Below the pieces are notes generated by a model. That model searched no databases. It was not told where the DNA came from and saw only the letters and a list, made by a program, of their open reading frames with translations. A stretch of DNA of 64,000 bases from Dehalococcoidia bacterium (GTDB taxonomy: Bacteria; Chloroflexota; Dehalococcoidia; Lucifugimonadales; UBA3495), in the NCBI GenBank assembly GCA_965243255.1, contig CBDEUH010000004.1, positions 766,979 to 830,978 on the forward strand, written 5' to 3'. Below are positions 54,128 through 64,000 of this stretch, piece after piece. Position 1 is the stretch's first letter, and every line of letters begins with the position of its first letter. A program made the position numbers and the translations under genes.

Positions 54128-55183
54128 ATGAACGCGCTGACGGTTGTGCAGACCGGCCGGCCGCCGCGACTAGCCATCGAGAAACGGCCTGTTCCGATGC
54201 CTGCTCCCGGTGAGGCGCTGCTGCGCGTCGATGCCTGCGGCTTCTGCCACCACGACCTGCTGGTGATGGCTGGAACGCTACGGCGAGGAGTTGCCCCTGG
54301 CGTCATTCTCGGCCATGAAATAGCCGGTACCATCGTTGACGCCGCCGGTGGAGTAACCCAGTTCCGCCCTGGCGACCGCGTGGTCAGCCTGCTTACTGCC
54401 GCCTGCGGACAGTGCGCGCGCTGTCTGGCCGGTCGGGAGCATCGTTGCCTGGCCGGCGCCGGCATCGGTCATGGGCGGGACGGCGGCTTTGCGGAATATG
54501 TGGCCCTGCCGGTATCCGCGCTGGTGACCATCCCAAACAACATATCTGCGGAGGAAGCGGCCCTGCTGGCCTGTCCCGCCGGGGTTGCGCTGTCCGGCAT
54601 CGAGGCGGTCGGCGTAGCATCCGGCGACACGGTAGTGGTAACCGGGGCCGGCGGCGGATTGGGCTCCCACACCGTGCAACTGGCCGCTATGCAGGGGGCA
54701 CAGGTGATCGCCGTAACCACGTCGCCGGACAAGGCGGAGGTGCTGGAACAATTGGGCGCGTCGGTGGTAATCGAGGCCGAGGAGGGCCTGGACATCGCCG
54801 AAGTGGTATTGGCATTGACCGACGACGCCGGCGCCGAGGCCGTGATTGACACGGTGGGGCCTCCGCTATGGCCGGCGACGCTGCGCTGCCTGGGTCAGTA
54901 CGGGCGGCTGGCCCTGTTGGGCGACGTTACCGGGGAGTCGGCGTCGCTGCGGCTGGCAGAAGTTATCTTTCGCGACGTGCGGATAATGGGTGTGTCCGGC
55001 GTGTCGCGGGCCGGGCTGGAGCGAGCGGTGAGGCTGGCGGCTGCGGGGCGATTACGCCCGGCAGTATCGCAAACGCTGCCGCTGACTGTCGAAGGCGCAA
55101 CTGAGGCGTGGCGTCTGGTGGCTGAGCGGCGCCCCCTGGGGAAGGTGGTACTTATGCCGCCGCTTGCCGCCGGCCCAGGGTGA
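54128..55183 (+). CDS. zinc-dependent MDR-family alcohol dehydrogenase
   Basis: Track ORF 54095..55183. The ATG at 54128 gives the usual N-terminus (MNALTVVQ...). Motifs CGFCHHD, GHEIAG, CGQCARCLAGREHRC, GAGGGLG. The start is ambiguous between 54095 and 54128. Confidence 0.85.
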   Translation: MNALTVVQTGRPPRLAIEKRPVPMPAPGEALLRVDACGFCHHDLLVMAGTLRRGVAPGVILGHEIAGTIVDAAGGVTQFRPGDRVVSLLTAACGQCARCLAGREHRCLAGAGIGHGRDGGFAEYVALPVSALVTIPNNISAEEAALLACPAGVALSGIEAVGVASGDTVVVTGAGGGLGSHTVQLAAMQGAQVIAVTTSPDKAEVLEQLGASVVIEAEEGLDIAEVVLALTDDAGAEAVIDTVGPPLWPATLRCLGQYGRLALLGDVTGESASLRLAEVIFRDVRIMGVSGVSRAGLERAVRLAAAGRLRPAVSQTLPLTVEGATEAWRLVAERRPLGKVVLMPPLAAGPG

Positions 55184-56108
55184 AGATGCGACCGAATTCC
55201 CGGCGTTCCCAGATGACGAGGAATTGGGCGGCAATGAAGATGGAGCTGTAGGTTCCCACTACGACGCCGATGGCCACCACCAGGAGCAGCTCGCGGATGG
55301 AATCGCCGCCAATCAGCAGCATCGCCAAGAGCACCATCAGCGTGGTGAAGCTGGTATTGATGGAGCGACCAACGCTCTCGATTATGCTCAGGTTCACGGT
55401 GTCTTCCAGCCGGCGGTCGGGCACCCGGATGGTATTCTCCCGGATGCGGTCAAACACCACGATGGTGTCGTTCACCGAATAGCCGGCCACCGTGAGGATT
55501 CCGACGATGAACATGGAGTTGACCTCAATGCCCAGCAAACGCCCCAGGATGGAAAACACGCCCAGCACGATTAGCGTGTCGTGAGCCAGGGTAACCACGG
55601 CAGCCACGCCGTAGCGATAGGCCCGGGGAACACGTCGAAAGGCGTACCAGATGTACACCAGGATGAACACCGACGCCACCATCAACGCCAGGAACGTGTT
55701 GCGAACGGTCTCCTGAGCGATGATTGGCGATACGGTGTCCACGCCCGAGGCCGCAATGGAGCCGATTTCGCTCTCCATGGCGTCTTCGATGCGCTCGCGC
55801 TCGGACAGCTGCGCTCCCGACGCTTCTTCCAGCACGCGGGTGCGAATCAGCACCGAATCCGTGCCCACCGACTGCACCAACGCTTCCGGATGGTCCAATC
55901 GCGCCATCAGGCTGCGGACGGCCTCCGCATCCACGGGGCGTTCGAAAGCTACGTTTAGCACCGACCCGCTGGTGAAGTCGATACCCGGCCGCAGGCCTGA
56001 ACCGCCGCTGATCCAACCGGGCGGCGCCAACATCGAGAGTAGCCCCGGAATGATCAGGACCGCCGATAGAACAAAGTACCAGCCGCGCTTGCCGACGATG
56101 TTGAACAT
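55152..56108 (-). CDS. secF: protein translocase subunit SecF
   Basis: Track ORF with typical SecF topology and sequence (GIDFTSG..., NDTIVVFDRIREN). Confidence 0.95.
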   Translation of the reverse strand: MFNIVGKRGWYFVLSAVLIIPGLLSMLAPPGWISGGSGLRPGIDFTSGSVLNVAFERPVDAEAVRSLMARLDHPEALVQSVGTDSVLIRTRVLEEASGAQLSERERIEDAMESEIGSIAASGVDTVSPIIAQETVRNTFLALMVASVFILVYIWYAFRRVPRAYRYGVAAVVTLAHDTLIVLGVFSILGRLLGIEVNSMFIVGILTVAGYSVNDTIVVFDRIRENTIRVPDRRLEDTVNLSIIESVGRSINTSFTTLMVLLAMLLIGGDSIRELLLVVAIGVVVGTYSSIFIAAQFLVIWERREFGRIFTLGRRQAAA

Positions 56109-56111
56109 TTG

Positions 56112-57944
56112 CTAACGGCCTCCCTGAGCCGACCTAGGTTGTTGCCCGGCAGCGCGGGGTTGAATTTTCTCTGGAGTGAACAAGTTGGCCATGCGGCCCA
56201 GGCCCATGGCCTGAAAGGCCTGCAGCAGGTTGCGGCTGACCAGCACCGCGGTGAACATGCTCACCATGACGCCGACCAGAAGGGTTAGCGCAAAGCCGTT
56301 AACCAGGCCGCCGCCCAATCGGTTGCCGAACCACAGCAGCACGGCGCACGTAATCAGCGTGCTTACGTTGCCGTCGCGTATCGCCGGCCAGGCGCGGTTG
56401 AAGCCCACCTCCATCGCTGAGGCCAAACTGCGCCCTAACCTGATTTCCTCCTTGATGCGCTCGAATATCAGGATGTTGGCGTCCACGGCGAGGCCGATTG
56501 ACAAAATGAAGCCACCGATGTGGGGCAGCGTCAGCGTAATGGGCACCAGCTTGAAAATCGCCAGCGTAACTATGGCGTAGTAAATCAACGCGATCGCTGC
56601 CACCACGCCGGCGGCCCGATAATAGGCGACCACGAAAATCAGCACCAGGCCCAAGCCCACCAGACCGGCCATTAGGCTCCGTTCCAGCGATTCCTGGCCG
56701 AGGAGAGCGTCAACCTCGGATTCCTGGATTAGCTGCAGAGGCACCGGCAGCCGACCGGATTTGAGCTGAATGGCAAGGGTGCGCGCGGATTCCCGGTTGA
56801 AGCTGCCGGAAATCTGGCTGCGGCCGTCGCGAATATGGGCCCGGGCTACCGGTGCAATCAACTGTTCTCCATCGAGAATGACGGCGATTACCTCGTCGGA
56901 CTGGCGATTGGTCTGAACGTTGATTTCACCGGTCATCTGGCCGAAAATATCCGCGCCCCGGTCGTTGAACTGAATGTTGACGACCCATTCACCCGTTACC
57001 GAGTCGGTGCTCGCGTAGGCGTCAACCAGATCGTCGCCGGTCAGGCCGATGCTGCTGTCCACGAAGGGCGGCAGACACCCGACGCCGACCACCGGGCCAG
57101 CACACTTTCGCCGCAGGAACTCCAGCTGCGCGGTTTCGCCGATGAGCCGCTTGGCGTCTTCAATGCTGCCGGTTACCAGGTACGACTCGATGGTACCCAC
57201 TTCCGATGACAGCAAGGTTTCCAATGCGCTGCGCTGGGTGTTGCTCAGCGTGGTTGCAGTGGCGATGCGGAATCGGTTGCCGCCCCGATCCACGATTTCA
57301 ACGTCTTCGTACCCCTGGTCCAGTATTACGCTGCCCAGTTTCTCAACGTCGGCTCCCTCGGCAAAGCTGACGGCGATGACCGACCCGCTGGCGCCGGGCA
57401 GCTGCACGATGATGCGGTCTTCGCCAAAGCGCTGCACTATCGGCTCGTCGGTGCCGTACAGGTTGACGCGGCGGCTGATTATGTTCAGCACCCCGTCCAT
57501 TTGCTCCGAGGTGGGCGGCGGCAAATCTTCATTGACGAAATCCACCGGCTCGCCAAGGTTGTCCACCAGGGCTTGCCTCACCTCGGCGCGCCGTTCGGGA
57601 GCGAGGTATGGGCCAACTATTTCAAAGCCGGACCCATCACCGTCCTGGGTTACCTGGGCTTCATAATTGGCATCCGACAGGGCATTCTGAACGGCGTCAA
57701 CGTCCACATTGGCGTCATCGGCAAAGGACACTGACAGGGTAGTGCCGGTTTGGGCCTGGTACACCAGGTGCGCGCCGCCCTGCAGGTCGAGGCCGAGCTT
57801 CAAACCCAGCGGGCCGGTTTCGGCGCGGTCAAGCCGGGGCAAGCCGGGTATGGCTATATGGATTTCTGGCAGGGCCAACGCGACGAACGAGACGCCCAGA
57901 ACAACTAGTATCAGAAGGGTTAACAGAACGGTGCGGCGTCGCAT
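56112..57944 (-). CDS. secD: protein translocase subunit SecD
   Basis: Track ORF. LGLDLQGG, a large periplasmic domain, C-terminal RND-like TMs, DANILIFERIKEE. Confidence 0.95.
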   Translation of the reverse strand: MRRRTVLLTLLILVVLGVSFVALALPEIHIAIPGLPRLDRAETGPLGLKLGLDLQGGAHLVYQAQTGTTLSVSFADDANVDVDAVQNALSDANYEAQVTQDGDGSGFEIVGPYLAPERRAEVRQALVDNLGEPVDFVNEDLPPPTSEQMDGVLNIISRRVNLYGTDEPIVQRFGEDRIIVQLPGASGSVIAVSFAEGADVEKLGSVILDQGYEDVEIVDRGGNRFRIATATTLSNTQRSALETLLSSEVGTIESYLVTGSIEDAKRLIGETAQLEFLRRKCAGPVVGVGCLPPFVDSSIGLTGDDLVDAYASTDSVTGEWVVNIQFNDRGADIFGQMTGEINVQTNRQSDEVIAVILDGEQLIAPVARAHIRDGRSQISGSFNRESARTLAIQLKSGRLPVPLQLIQESEVDALLGQESLERSLMAGLVGLGLVLIFVVAYYRAAGVVAAIALIYYAIVTLAIFKLVPITLTLPHIGGFILSIGLAVDANILIFERIKEEIRLGRSLASAMEVGFNRAWPAIRDGNVSTLITCAVLLWFGNRLGGGLVNGFALTLLVGVMVSMFTAVLVSRNLLQAFQAMGLGRMANLFTPEKIQPRAAGQQPRSAQGGR

Positions 57945-57949
57945 TTAAG

Positions 57950-59428
57950 CTATCCAACCTCAATCGCATCATCGTCCAACAGACGCGCTGCCAGGGACAG
58001 GGCTTCTTCGCGATTGGAAACCTCGCCCACCGCCTGGGCTTCACGCAGCCTTTCCAGCAGCGCGCCCACGCGAGGGCCGGGATCAATGCGCAATGTATCC
58101 ATCAGCTCGTGGCCGTTGACTAATCCGCGGGGGCCATCATCCCCGGCCTGGGGTGTGGCTCCCGCTTCAAGAACAGCGGCAATCATTCTAGCATAGTTAT
58201 TCCACCGTTCCGGCGATAGCTCTGGCCCACGCGCTGCCAGAAAGTCGGCCATGGCCAGATACAGCGTGTCCACGGCGGCGTCGCCCACGTCCCGATAATA
58301 TCGATAGATGGCCCGGCGCGACGGCATTTTGTCGCCCTCGCGCAGCTGGCTGGGGCGCAGGTGATGGAGCACCATAGCCGATACCAGGGACGTGGTGCGT
58401 CGAGCCAGCCGCAACCGGGACAGTCGGCTTTCCGCCACCTGCGCGCCCTGTTCGCTGTGGCCGAGGAACCGGATACGCCCATTCTCGTCCGGGCCTTTGG
58501 TTTGGGGCTTGGCGATATCGTGGAGCAGAGCGGCCAGCTTGAGGACGGTTCGCCGGGTGTGCCCGTCGCCGATTACCTCGGAGAAGTAGGCATCCTCGGC
58601 AGCAGTCCAGGGAGCCATGGTGTAGATGGCGCTGTTGCGGCGTCCGGCGGTAATCTCTTCGGCGTATTCCACGCAATGCAGTAGATGGCCCAGCACGTCC
58701 CAGTAATGATGGGACCGGGGCTGCTCGCAGTTGCGGGCCGCTTCCAGCTCCGGCATCACCCGGCAAAGCAGGCCCAGCCGGTCCAGAATTTCCAGCTGCG
58801 CCCGCGCTCCGTCGGCCGCCAGAATCGCCATAAATTCGTCGCGCACTCTTTCGGGGGCGACACGTTCCAGCAGGTGGGCATCCCTGCGGATGGCCTGCGC
58901 CGTTTCCGGCGTCATGCGGAAGTCCAGGCTCTTGGCCAGGCGCACGCCGCGCAGCATCCGGCCGGGGTCATTCCGAAAAACGTCTTCGCCGGTGGCGCGC
59001 AGAATGCGGCGAACCAGGTCAGCCCGGCCGTTCAGCGGGTCAACTATGCTTTCAATCCGTTCGTCGTTATCCCAGGAAAGGAGGGGCAGCGCGATTGCGT
59101 TCACGGTGAAATCGCGAGTTCGGAGATCATCCTCAATAGACCCGTCGTAGCTGGATACGTCGATGATGAAGGGCGCAGCGGCACCGTTGGCCGGCGGCAG
59201 CGCGACGCGGGTAACGTTCCACGCATCGATGGGTACCGCCGTACCGCCCAGGTAATCGGCGACCGCCCGTCCGATTGGCGCGGAGTCACCGGCCACGGCC
59301 AGGTCGATGTCGTGAATTTCCCGACCCAGAACGGCGTCGCGGACAGCGCCACCCACCAGCCACACTTCGGTGTCACCTCGGGCAGCCAAAAACCCGCCCA
59401 ACCGGGTGAGCAGGCCGTCAGCGTCCAT
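57950..59428 (-). CDS. cca: CCA tRNA nucleotidyltransferase / poly(A) polymerase-family protein with HD domain
   Basis: Track ORF 57950..59587, trimmed to the ATG at 59428 (MDADGLLTRL...). GGAVRD and DIDLAV nucleotidyltransferase motifs. HD motif LLHDIAKP. Confidence 0.8.
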   Translation of the reverse strand: MDADGLLTRLGGFLAARGDTEVWLVGGAVRDAVLGREIHDIDLAVAGDSAPIGRAVADYLGGTAVPIDAWNVTRVALPPANGAAAPFIIDVSSYDGSIEDDLRTRDFTVNAIALPLLSWDNDERIESIVDPLNGRADLVRRILRATGEDVFRNDPGRMLRGVRLAKSLDFRMTPETAQAIRRDAHLLERVAPERVRDEFMAILAADGARAQLEILDRLGLLCRVMPELEAARNCEQPRSHHYWDVLGHLLHCVEYAEEITAGRRNSAIYTMAPWTAAEDAYFSEVIGDGHTRRTVLKLAALLHDIAKPQTKGPDENGRIRFLGHSEQGAQVAESRLSRLRLARRTTSLVSAMVLHHLRPSQLREGDKMPSRRAIYRYYRDVGDAAVDTLYLAMADFLAARGPELSPERWNNYARMIAAVLEAGATPQAGDDGPRGLVNGHELMDTLRIDPGPRVGALLERLREAQAVGEVSNREEALSLAARLLDDDAIEVG

Positions 59429-59429
59429 G

Positions 59430-60074
59430 CTAGTCGGCGGCGGTTGCGTCGTCGGCGCCACGGGACGGAGTGCGCCCGCTGGTGGTGTCGAACTGCGACA
59501 ACGGTACGCGAGACGAGGACTGATGCATCCGACGGGCGGCGGCTTCCAACTCGGCGGCGTCGGGCTCGCCGGTGGGCAGATACTCAACGTCGCCCTCTTC
59601 GTTGACGTGGATGCGGAAAAACTGGTCGTGAGCGATCAGGTGGTCGATGTACAGGATGCCGTTGAGGTGGTCGGTTTCGTGCTCAATGGCCTGGGCCAGG
59701 ATGCAGTCGGCTTTCAGGCGCAGCTGCTTGCCCGTCAAATCCTGGTAACGGAGGCGAATGCGCACCGCGCGGTTGACCATGCCCCGATAGCCGGGCAGGC
59801 TGAGACAGCCTTCCTCAACTTCGCGCTCGCCCTCGCGGCGGATTATTTCGGGATTGACCAGCACCAGCGGCTCGTCCCAATCCTCCGGCTTGACCACGCA
59901 GAGGCGCTGCAATACGCCCACCTGATTGGCGGCCAGGCCGACCCCGCGCTGCGCTGCCATGGTGTCCAACATGTCGGCAGCCAGCTTGGCCAGCTTGGCG
60001 TCAAACCGAGTTACTTTGATTGCGCGTTGGCGCAGGATGGGGTCGGGAAACAAGCGTACATCAAGTACGGCCAC
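59430..60074 (-). CDS. def: peptide deformylase (with a roughly 45-aa C-terminal extension)
   Basis: Track ORF. GVGLAANQ, EGCLS and HETDH motifs. The stop is 1 nt from the cca start. Confidence 0.95.
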   Translation of the reverse strand: MAVLDVRLFPDPILRQRAIKVTRFDAKLAKLAADMLDTMAAQRGVGLAANQVGVLQRLCVVKPEDWDEPLVLVNPEIIRREGEREVEEGCLSLPGYRGMVNRAVRIRLRYQDLTGKQLRLKADCILAQAIEHETDHLNGILYIDHLIAHDQFFRIHVNEEGDVEYLPTGEPDAAELEAAARRMHQSSSRVPLSQFDTTSGRTPSRGADDATAAD

Positions 60075-60145
60075 GGTATTGCTCCGGTTAGAGGCGAGCC
60101 ATGCTATTGCGGAATTCGTAATCGTTGTGTGGCGATTATATCACG

Positions 60146-61786
60146 CTACAGCCCGGTTATTTCGCCTTCCGGTGTCAGGTCCATGTCCATCGCCCGGGGA
60201 CGGGTGGGCAGGCCGGGGAGCGTTTCAATCCGGCCAGCCAGCGCGTAGAGGAACCCGGCCCCCACGGAGGCGCGGATGTCGGAAATCGGGAAGGTGTACC
60301 CCGACGGGCTGCCCCGCAGCGTGGGGTCATGGGATACCGACAGGTGGGTCTTGGCCATGCAGATGGGCAGGTCGCCCCAGCCCTGTTCGGCGAAGAACCG
60401 CGCCCGTCGGCGGGCTTCCGCCGACCAGCTGACCGATTGGGCGCCGTACACCCGCTTCGCCAACGCCAGGGTCTTCTCTTCGATGGTGCCATCCAGCTCG
60501 TAGGCGTAGTCCACTTGCGCCGGCGCCAGGCCGTCGTTGCTGGCCGCGGCCTGCGCCACCGCCTCGGCCAGGGCCATGCCGCCCTCGCCGCCGTCGGTAA
60601 AGCCCGCGTATTCCGCCGTAGCGTAGGCGCCGGCGTCGGCGGCGATCTTGGCCGCCGCCTGCAATTCCTCGGCGCTGTCCCCGGGGAAGCGGTTCAGCGC
60701 TACCACGCAGGGGAGTCCGAAGGCGCGCACGTTGTTGATGTGATGGACCATATTGGACGCGCCCGCTTTCATGGCGTCGAGGTTAGGGTCGCCCAGATTG
60801 CGGCGAGTTGCGCCGCCGTGCCAGCGCATGGCTCGCACCGACGCCACCAGCACTGCCGCGCTGACGGGCAACCCGCTCTGACGGGTCTTGATGTGCATGA
60901 ACTTCTCGAAGCCCAAATCGGAGCCGAAGCCGGCCTCGGTGATCACGTGGTCAGCATAACCCATGGCCAGCCGGTCGGCGATGATGGAGCTGCAGCCGTG
61001 AGCGATGTTGCCGAATGGGCCGGCGTGGACGATGGCCGGCTGGCCTTCCAGGGTCTGCACCAAGTTGGGCATCACGGTATGGCGCATCACGGCCATCAGC
61101 GAACCCTCAAAACCCAAGTCGCCCACCGATACCGGCGCGCCGACGCGGTTGGTTCCCACCACCATCCTGGAAAGACGCGCCCGCAGGTCGGACAGGTCGG
61201 TGCACAGGGCCAAGATGGCCATTATTTCCGAGGCGGTGATGAAGTCGAAGCGGGTTTCACGCAAGGGGCTGTTGGCGCTGCCGCCCAACCCGGCAGTTAT
61301 CTGACGTAAAGCGCGGTCGGAGGCGTCGGTAACCCTTGACCAGGTAACGCCTTCCGCCGCCATGTCGTTGGCGTTGTTGCGATACACGGCGTTCTCAACG
61401 AGGGCGGCCAGCAGGTTGTGGGTGGAACCCACGGCGTGAGCGTCGCCGGTGAAGTGGATGTTGATTTCGTCCTCTGGGACGATGCGGGCCTTGCCGCCGC
61501 CGGTTCCGCCGCCCTTGATGCCGAAAATCGGACCCAGGGCCGGCTCGCGCAGGTTGACCACCGGCTGGTAACCCAGCCGCCCGAGGCCGTCGGTGAGGCC
61601 GATGGAAGTGGTCGTCTTGCCCTCGCCGGCCGGCGTGGGAGTAATGCCCGTAACGACCACCAGCTTGCCCCTTGCCCCGTCGGACTTTATCGCGTCAAGG
61701 CTTATCTTGGCCTTGTGATGCCCGTAGGGAATGAGGTGCTTGTGGTCAATGCCGAGACGGTCGGCGACGGCGCTAATCTGGTCCAT
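60146..61786 (-). CDS. fhs: formate--tetrahydrofolate ligase
   Basis: Track ORF. TPTPAGEGKTTTSIGL P-loop and overall FTHFS sequence. Confidence 0.95.
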   Translation of the reverse strand: MDQISAVADRLGIDHKHLIPYGHHKAKISLDAIKSDGARGKLVVVTGITPTPAGEGKTTTSIGLTDGLGRLGYQPVVNLREPALGPIFGIKGGGTGGGKARIVPEDEINIHFTGDAHAVGSTHNLLAALVENAVYRNNANDMAAEGVTWSRVTDASDRALRQITAGLGGSANSPLRETRFDFITASEIMAILALCTDLSDLRARLSRMVVGTNRVGAPVSVGDLGFEGSLMAVMRHTVMPNLVQTLEGQPAIVHAGPFGNIAHGCSSIIADRLAMGYADHVITEAGFGSDLGFEKFMHIKTRQSGLPVSAAVLVASVRAMRWHGGATRRNLGDPNLDAMKAGASNMVHHINNVRAFGLPCVVALNRFPGDSAEELQAAAKIAADAGAYATAEYAGFTDGGEGGMALAEAVAQAAASNDGLAPAQVDYAYELDGTIEEKTLALAKRVYGAQSVSWSAEARRRARFFAEQGWGDLPICMAKTHLSVSHDPTLRGSPSGYTFPISDIRASVGAGFLYALAGRIETLPGLPTRPRAMDMDLTPEGEITGL

Positions 61787-61834
61787 TGTGCCCCCAGGTG
61801 TTGCTGAATGCGGCTCTATTATAATGCCAGCGGG

Positions 61835-64000
61835 CTAGTCCAAATGTACCGGGTCAACTTCTACCCGGCAGTTGCGGGGGATGACCTCACTCTGCAAGAA
61901 TTGCCAGAGCCGCCGTCCCCGCAGCAGCAGGCGCCAACGATACCGTCCCCGCACGCGCTCAGGCTGGCAGGGTGTCGGGCCGACGATTTCCACGTCACCC
62001 CTACCCTGAAGAGCGGCCTTGTTTCGCCACCGCTTTGCCAATTCATCCAGGGTTTGCTGAACCATACGGACGCTCAAATCGGCGCAAATTACCTGGGCCA
62101 GACGGTTGAAAGGCGGATTGCCCTGCTGCTGCCGGGCATTGATTTCGATGCCGTAGAACAGGTCATAGTTCTGAGCGGCGGCGGCCATGATGGCGTAGTG
62201 GTCGGGCTGGTAGGTCTGGATGATGGACCGGCCCGGTTGTCGCCCGCGGCCGGCGCGCCCGCAAACCTGGCACAGCAAGGCAAACGCTCGCTCGCCGGCG
62301 CGGAAGTCGGGCAGATTCAGCCCCAGGTCCGCCAGCAGCACCGCCGACAGGGTTACGTTGGGCAGGTCAAGGCCACGGGCCACCATCTGGGTGCCAATCA
62401 AAATCTGCGCCTTTCCTTCAGACAGCCTAGTCATGGCCCGCTCCAACTCCGCCGGGTCGCGCACCGAGTCCGAATCCCATCGTTCGATGGTTACTTCGGG
62501 GTACCGTCGTTGCAGCTCGGCTTCTACAGCCTCGGTTCCGGCTCCCATCTCGCGGATGCGCCCGCCACGGCATTGCGGACACGCCCGTGGCAACCGCCGT
62601 GAGCGATTGCAGTAATGGCACAGCAGTCGGTTCGTTTCAGCATGGTGCGCATACGCCACCGAACAGCGGCTGCAAGTAACCACATTGCCACAGTCGCGGC
62701 ACTGCATGAAAGCGGCGCTGCCCCTGCGGTTCAGGAACAGGATAGCCTGCTGGCCGGCCCGGATGGTATTGTCCAGCGCCTCGGTAAGGCTGCGGCTGAA
62801 GACGCTGCGATTGCCTTCCCGCAGTTCCCAGCGCATATCCACCACCTGCGTGTCGGCCAGTGGCATCGGCACGCCGTCGGATCCCGGAATCCGCTGGGGC
62901 AGAGTCTTCAGGTGGTGGCGGCCGCGCTGGGCGTCGTAATAGGTGCTAACGTCGGGCGTGGCCGAACCCATCACCACGACGGCGCCGCAACGTCGGGCCA
63001 ATGCCAATGCGGCGTCCCTGGCGTGGTAGAAAGGGGCATACTCACTTTGCTTGTAGGCCGGTTCATGTTCCTCATCCACGATAATGACGCCAACGTTGGA
63101 CACCGGAGCGAAAAGCGCGCTGCGCGGGCCTACCACCACATCCGCCTGCCCGTCGCGGATTCGCCACCACTGGTCAAATCGCTCCCGGTCGGTGAGACGG
63201 TGGTGCAATACAGCGGCGCGTCCTGGGAAACGGTCATTGACCGCGCCCACGGTTTGGGGCGTTAGCGCAATTTCCGGCACAAGGTAGATTGCCTGCTTGC
63301 CCAGGGCAACGGCGCGGGCAATGGCGCGGAGGTACACCTCCGTTTTGCCGCTGCCGGTAACCCCGTGCAACAGAAAACTGCGCGGCGTGGCATCGGGATC
63401 GTCCAGCGCGGCGACAATGCTGGCTACGGCGTCGGCCTGGGCTGGGGTCAACGCGGCCGGCGGCGGTCCGGTCGGTGACACTCCGGCGGGTATTTCCGGC
63501 TCAATCCGCCGCCACTCCTCGGCAATCAGGCCACGCCCCACCAAGGCATCTGCCACGGGGCCGACTCCAGTAGAGGCGTAGGGCGTGGGTGATTCACGAA
63601 CCGCGTCCAGCAAGTCCGCTTGACGGTGGGCACGACTTGGAACTTCAGGCGCAGTATCGTCATCGGTGTCGGGGTAATGCCCGGGAATAAGTAGGCGGCG
63701 ATGGCGATGTGTGCGCGGTCGGGGAAGGTTGACTTCCTTGAGCACCAGGCCGCGGTCAACCAGCCGGCGCAAATCCCGGCGGGCAACGTCCGTGCGGTTG
63801 GCAGCAGTTGCGATGCGCCTCAAAAAGTCGGCCTCGTCACAGACCTTGCCCGATGCGGCCAGCTCCTGCCAGGCGTCTCGGGTTGCATCCCGGAAGGATG
63901 ACAGTTCTGCGTCGTCATCCGGACCGGCAACTGCCGTGAGCCGGGAGCGCTGCTCAGCACGGAATCCGGGCGGCAGCATCGGCGCCAAGGCTTCAAAAGG
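61835..64000 (-). CDS. priA: primosomal protein N' (replication restart helicase PriA), 5' end beyond the window
   Basis: Track ORF 61835..63988. The frame stays open to position 64000. GVTGSGKTEVY Walker A, DEEH box, and the Cys-rich zinc region CRDCGNVVTCSRCSVAYAHH...CHYCN...CPQC. Confidence 0.9.
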   Translation of the reverse strand, partial: PFEALAPMLPPGFRAEQRSRLTAVAGPDDDAELSSFRDATRDAWQELAASGKVCDEADFLRRIATAANRTDVARRDLRRLVDRGLVLKEVNLPRPRTHRHRRLLIPGHYPDTDDDTAPEVPSRAHRQADLLDAVRESPTPYASTGVGPVADALVGRGLIAEEWRRIEPEIPAGVSPTGPPPAALTPAQADAVASIVAALDDPDATPRSFLLHGVTGSGKTEVYLRAIARAVALGKQAIYLVPEIALTPQTVGAVNDRFPGRAAVLHHRLTDRERFDQWWRIRDGQADVVVGPRSALFAPVSNVGVIIVDEEHEPAYKQSEYAPFYHARDAALALARRCGAVVVMGSATPDVSTYYDAQRGRHHLKTLPQRIPGSDGVPMPLADTQVVDMRWELREGNRSVFSRSLTEALDNTIRAGQQAILFLNRRGSAAFMQCRDCGNVVTCSRCSVAYAHHAETNRLLCHYCNRSRRLPRACPQCRGGRIREMGAGTEAVEAELQRRYPEVTIERWDSDSVRDPAELERAMTRLSEGKAQILIGTQMVARGLDLPNVTLSAVLLADLGLNLPDFRAGERAFALLCQVCGRAGRGRQPGRSIIQTYQPDHYAIMAAAAQNYDLFYGIEINARQQQGNPPFNRLAQVICADLSVRMVQQTLDELAKRWRNKAALQGRGDVEIVGPTPCQPERVRGRYRWRLLLRGRRLWQFLQSEVIPRNCRVEVDPVHLD

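Noticed and set aside
54022-54465. N-terminal extension of minus-strand ORF 53158..54465, and + strand ORF 53284..54075
   Set aside because: Endonuclease IV starts at 54021 with MIIGAHVS and an SD. The extension overlaps the divergent ADH gene. The + strand ORF is antisense to nfo.
58685-61309. + strand ORFs 58685..59605, 59370..60248 and 60125..61309, and the 59429..59587 extension of the cca ORF
   Set aside because: Antisense to cca, def and fhs. The cca extension overlaps the def C-terminus, and the conserved CCA-enzyme N-terminus begins at 59428.
61808-63265. + strand ORFs 61808..62602, 62220..62615 and 62615..63265
   Set aside because: Antisense to priA, which has Walker A, DEEH and zinc-finger motifs.

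Overview
High-GC (roughly 60-80% G+C per line) bacterial chromosomal segment with about 60 tightly packed genes, many with overlapping or near-abutting ends. All calls come from reading the sequence and from motif recognition; no searches were run. I saw no rRNA, tRNA, CRISPR array, transposase or integrase.

Content from left to right:
- Organosulfur cluster: sulfite-oxidase-like Mo enzyme, four-domain rhodanese, cysteine-dioxygenase-like cupin.
- Two peptide/nickel-type ABC importers that lack ATPase genes. The second sits behind a cobalamin riboswitch.
- Catabolic neighbourhood rich in paralogues: split B12 acyl-CoA mutase, PaaK-like ligase, MBL hydrolase, 2 family-III CoA-transferases, 2 LLM oxidoreductases, Gfo/Idh/MocA, MFS, SDR, Rieske and others. 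The style is reminiscent of marine Chloroflexota/SAR202 genomes (inference only).
- Housekeeping blocks: rpsO-pnp, pheST, moeA, infC-rpmI-rplT, ybeY, pgpA, nfo, secDF, cca, def, fhs, priA.

Most interesting observations:
1. An in-frame TGA fuses two track ORFs into a UGSC-motif selenoprotein candidate (35143..35709). It lies in a compact operon with unassignable partner proteins.
2. pnp is broken by a 1-nt frame shift and carries a 153-aa RGG/DR low-complexity tail.
3. A cobalamin riboswitch with terminator platform controls an ATPase-less family-5 ABC importer.
4. A low-GC two-gene islet encodes a small protein plus a PD-(D/E)xK/DUF4268-like nuclease.
5. A palindromic GGGGCGAA...TTCGCCCC element recurs at three gene ends.

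Many long track ORFs are antisense shadows typical of high-GC DNA and were rejected.
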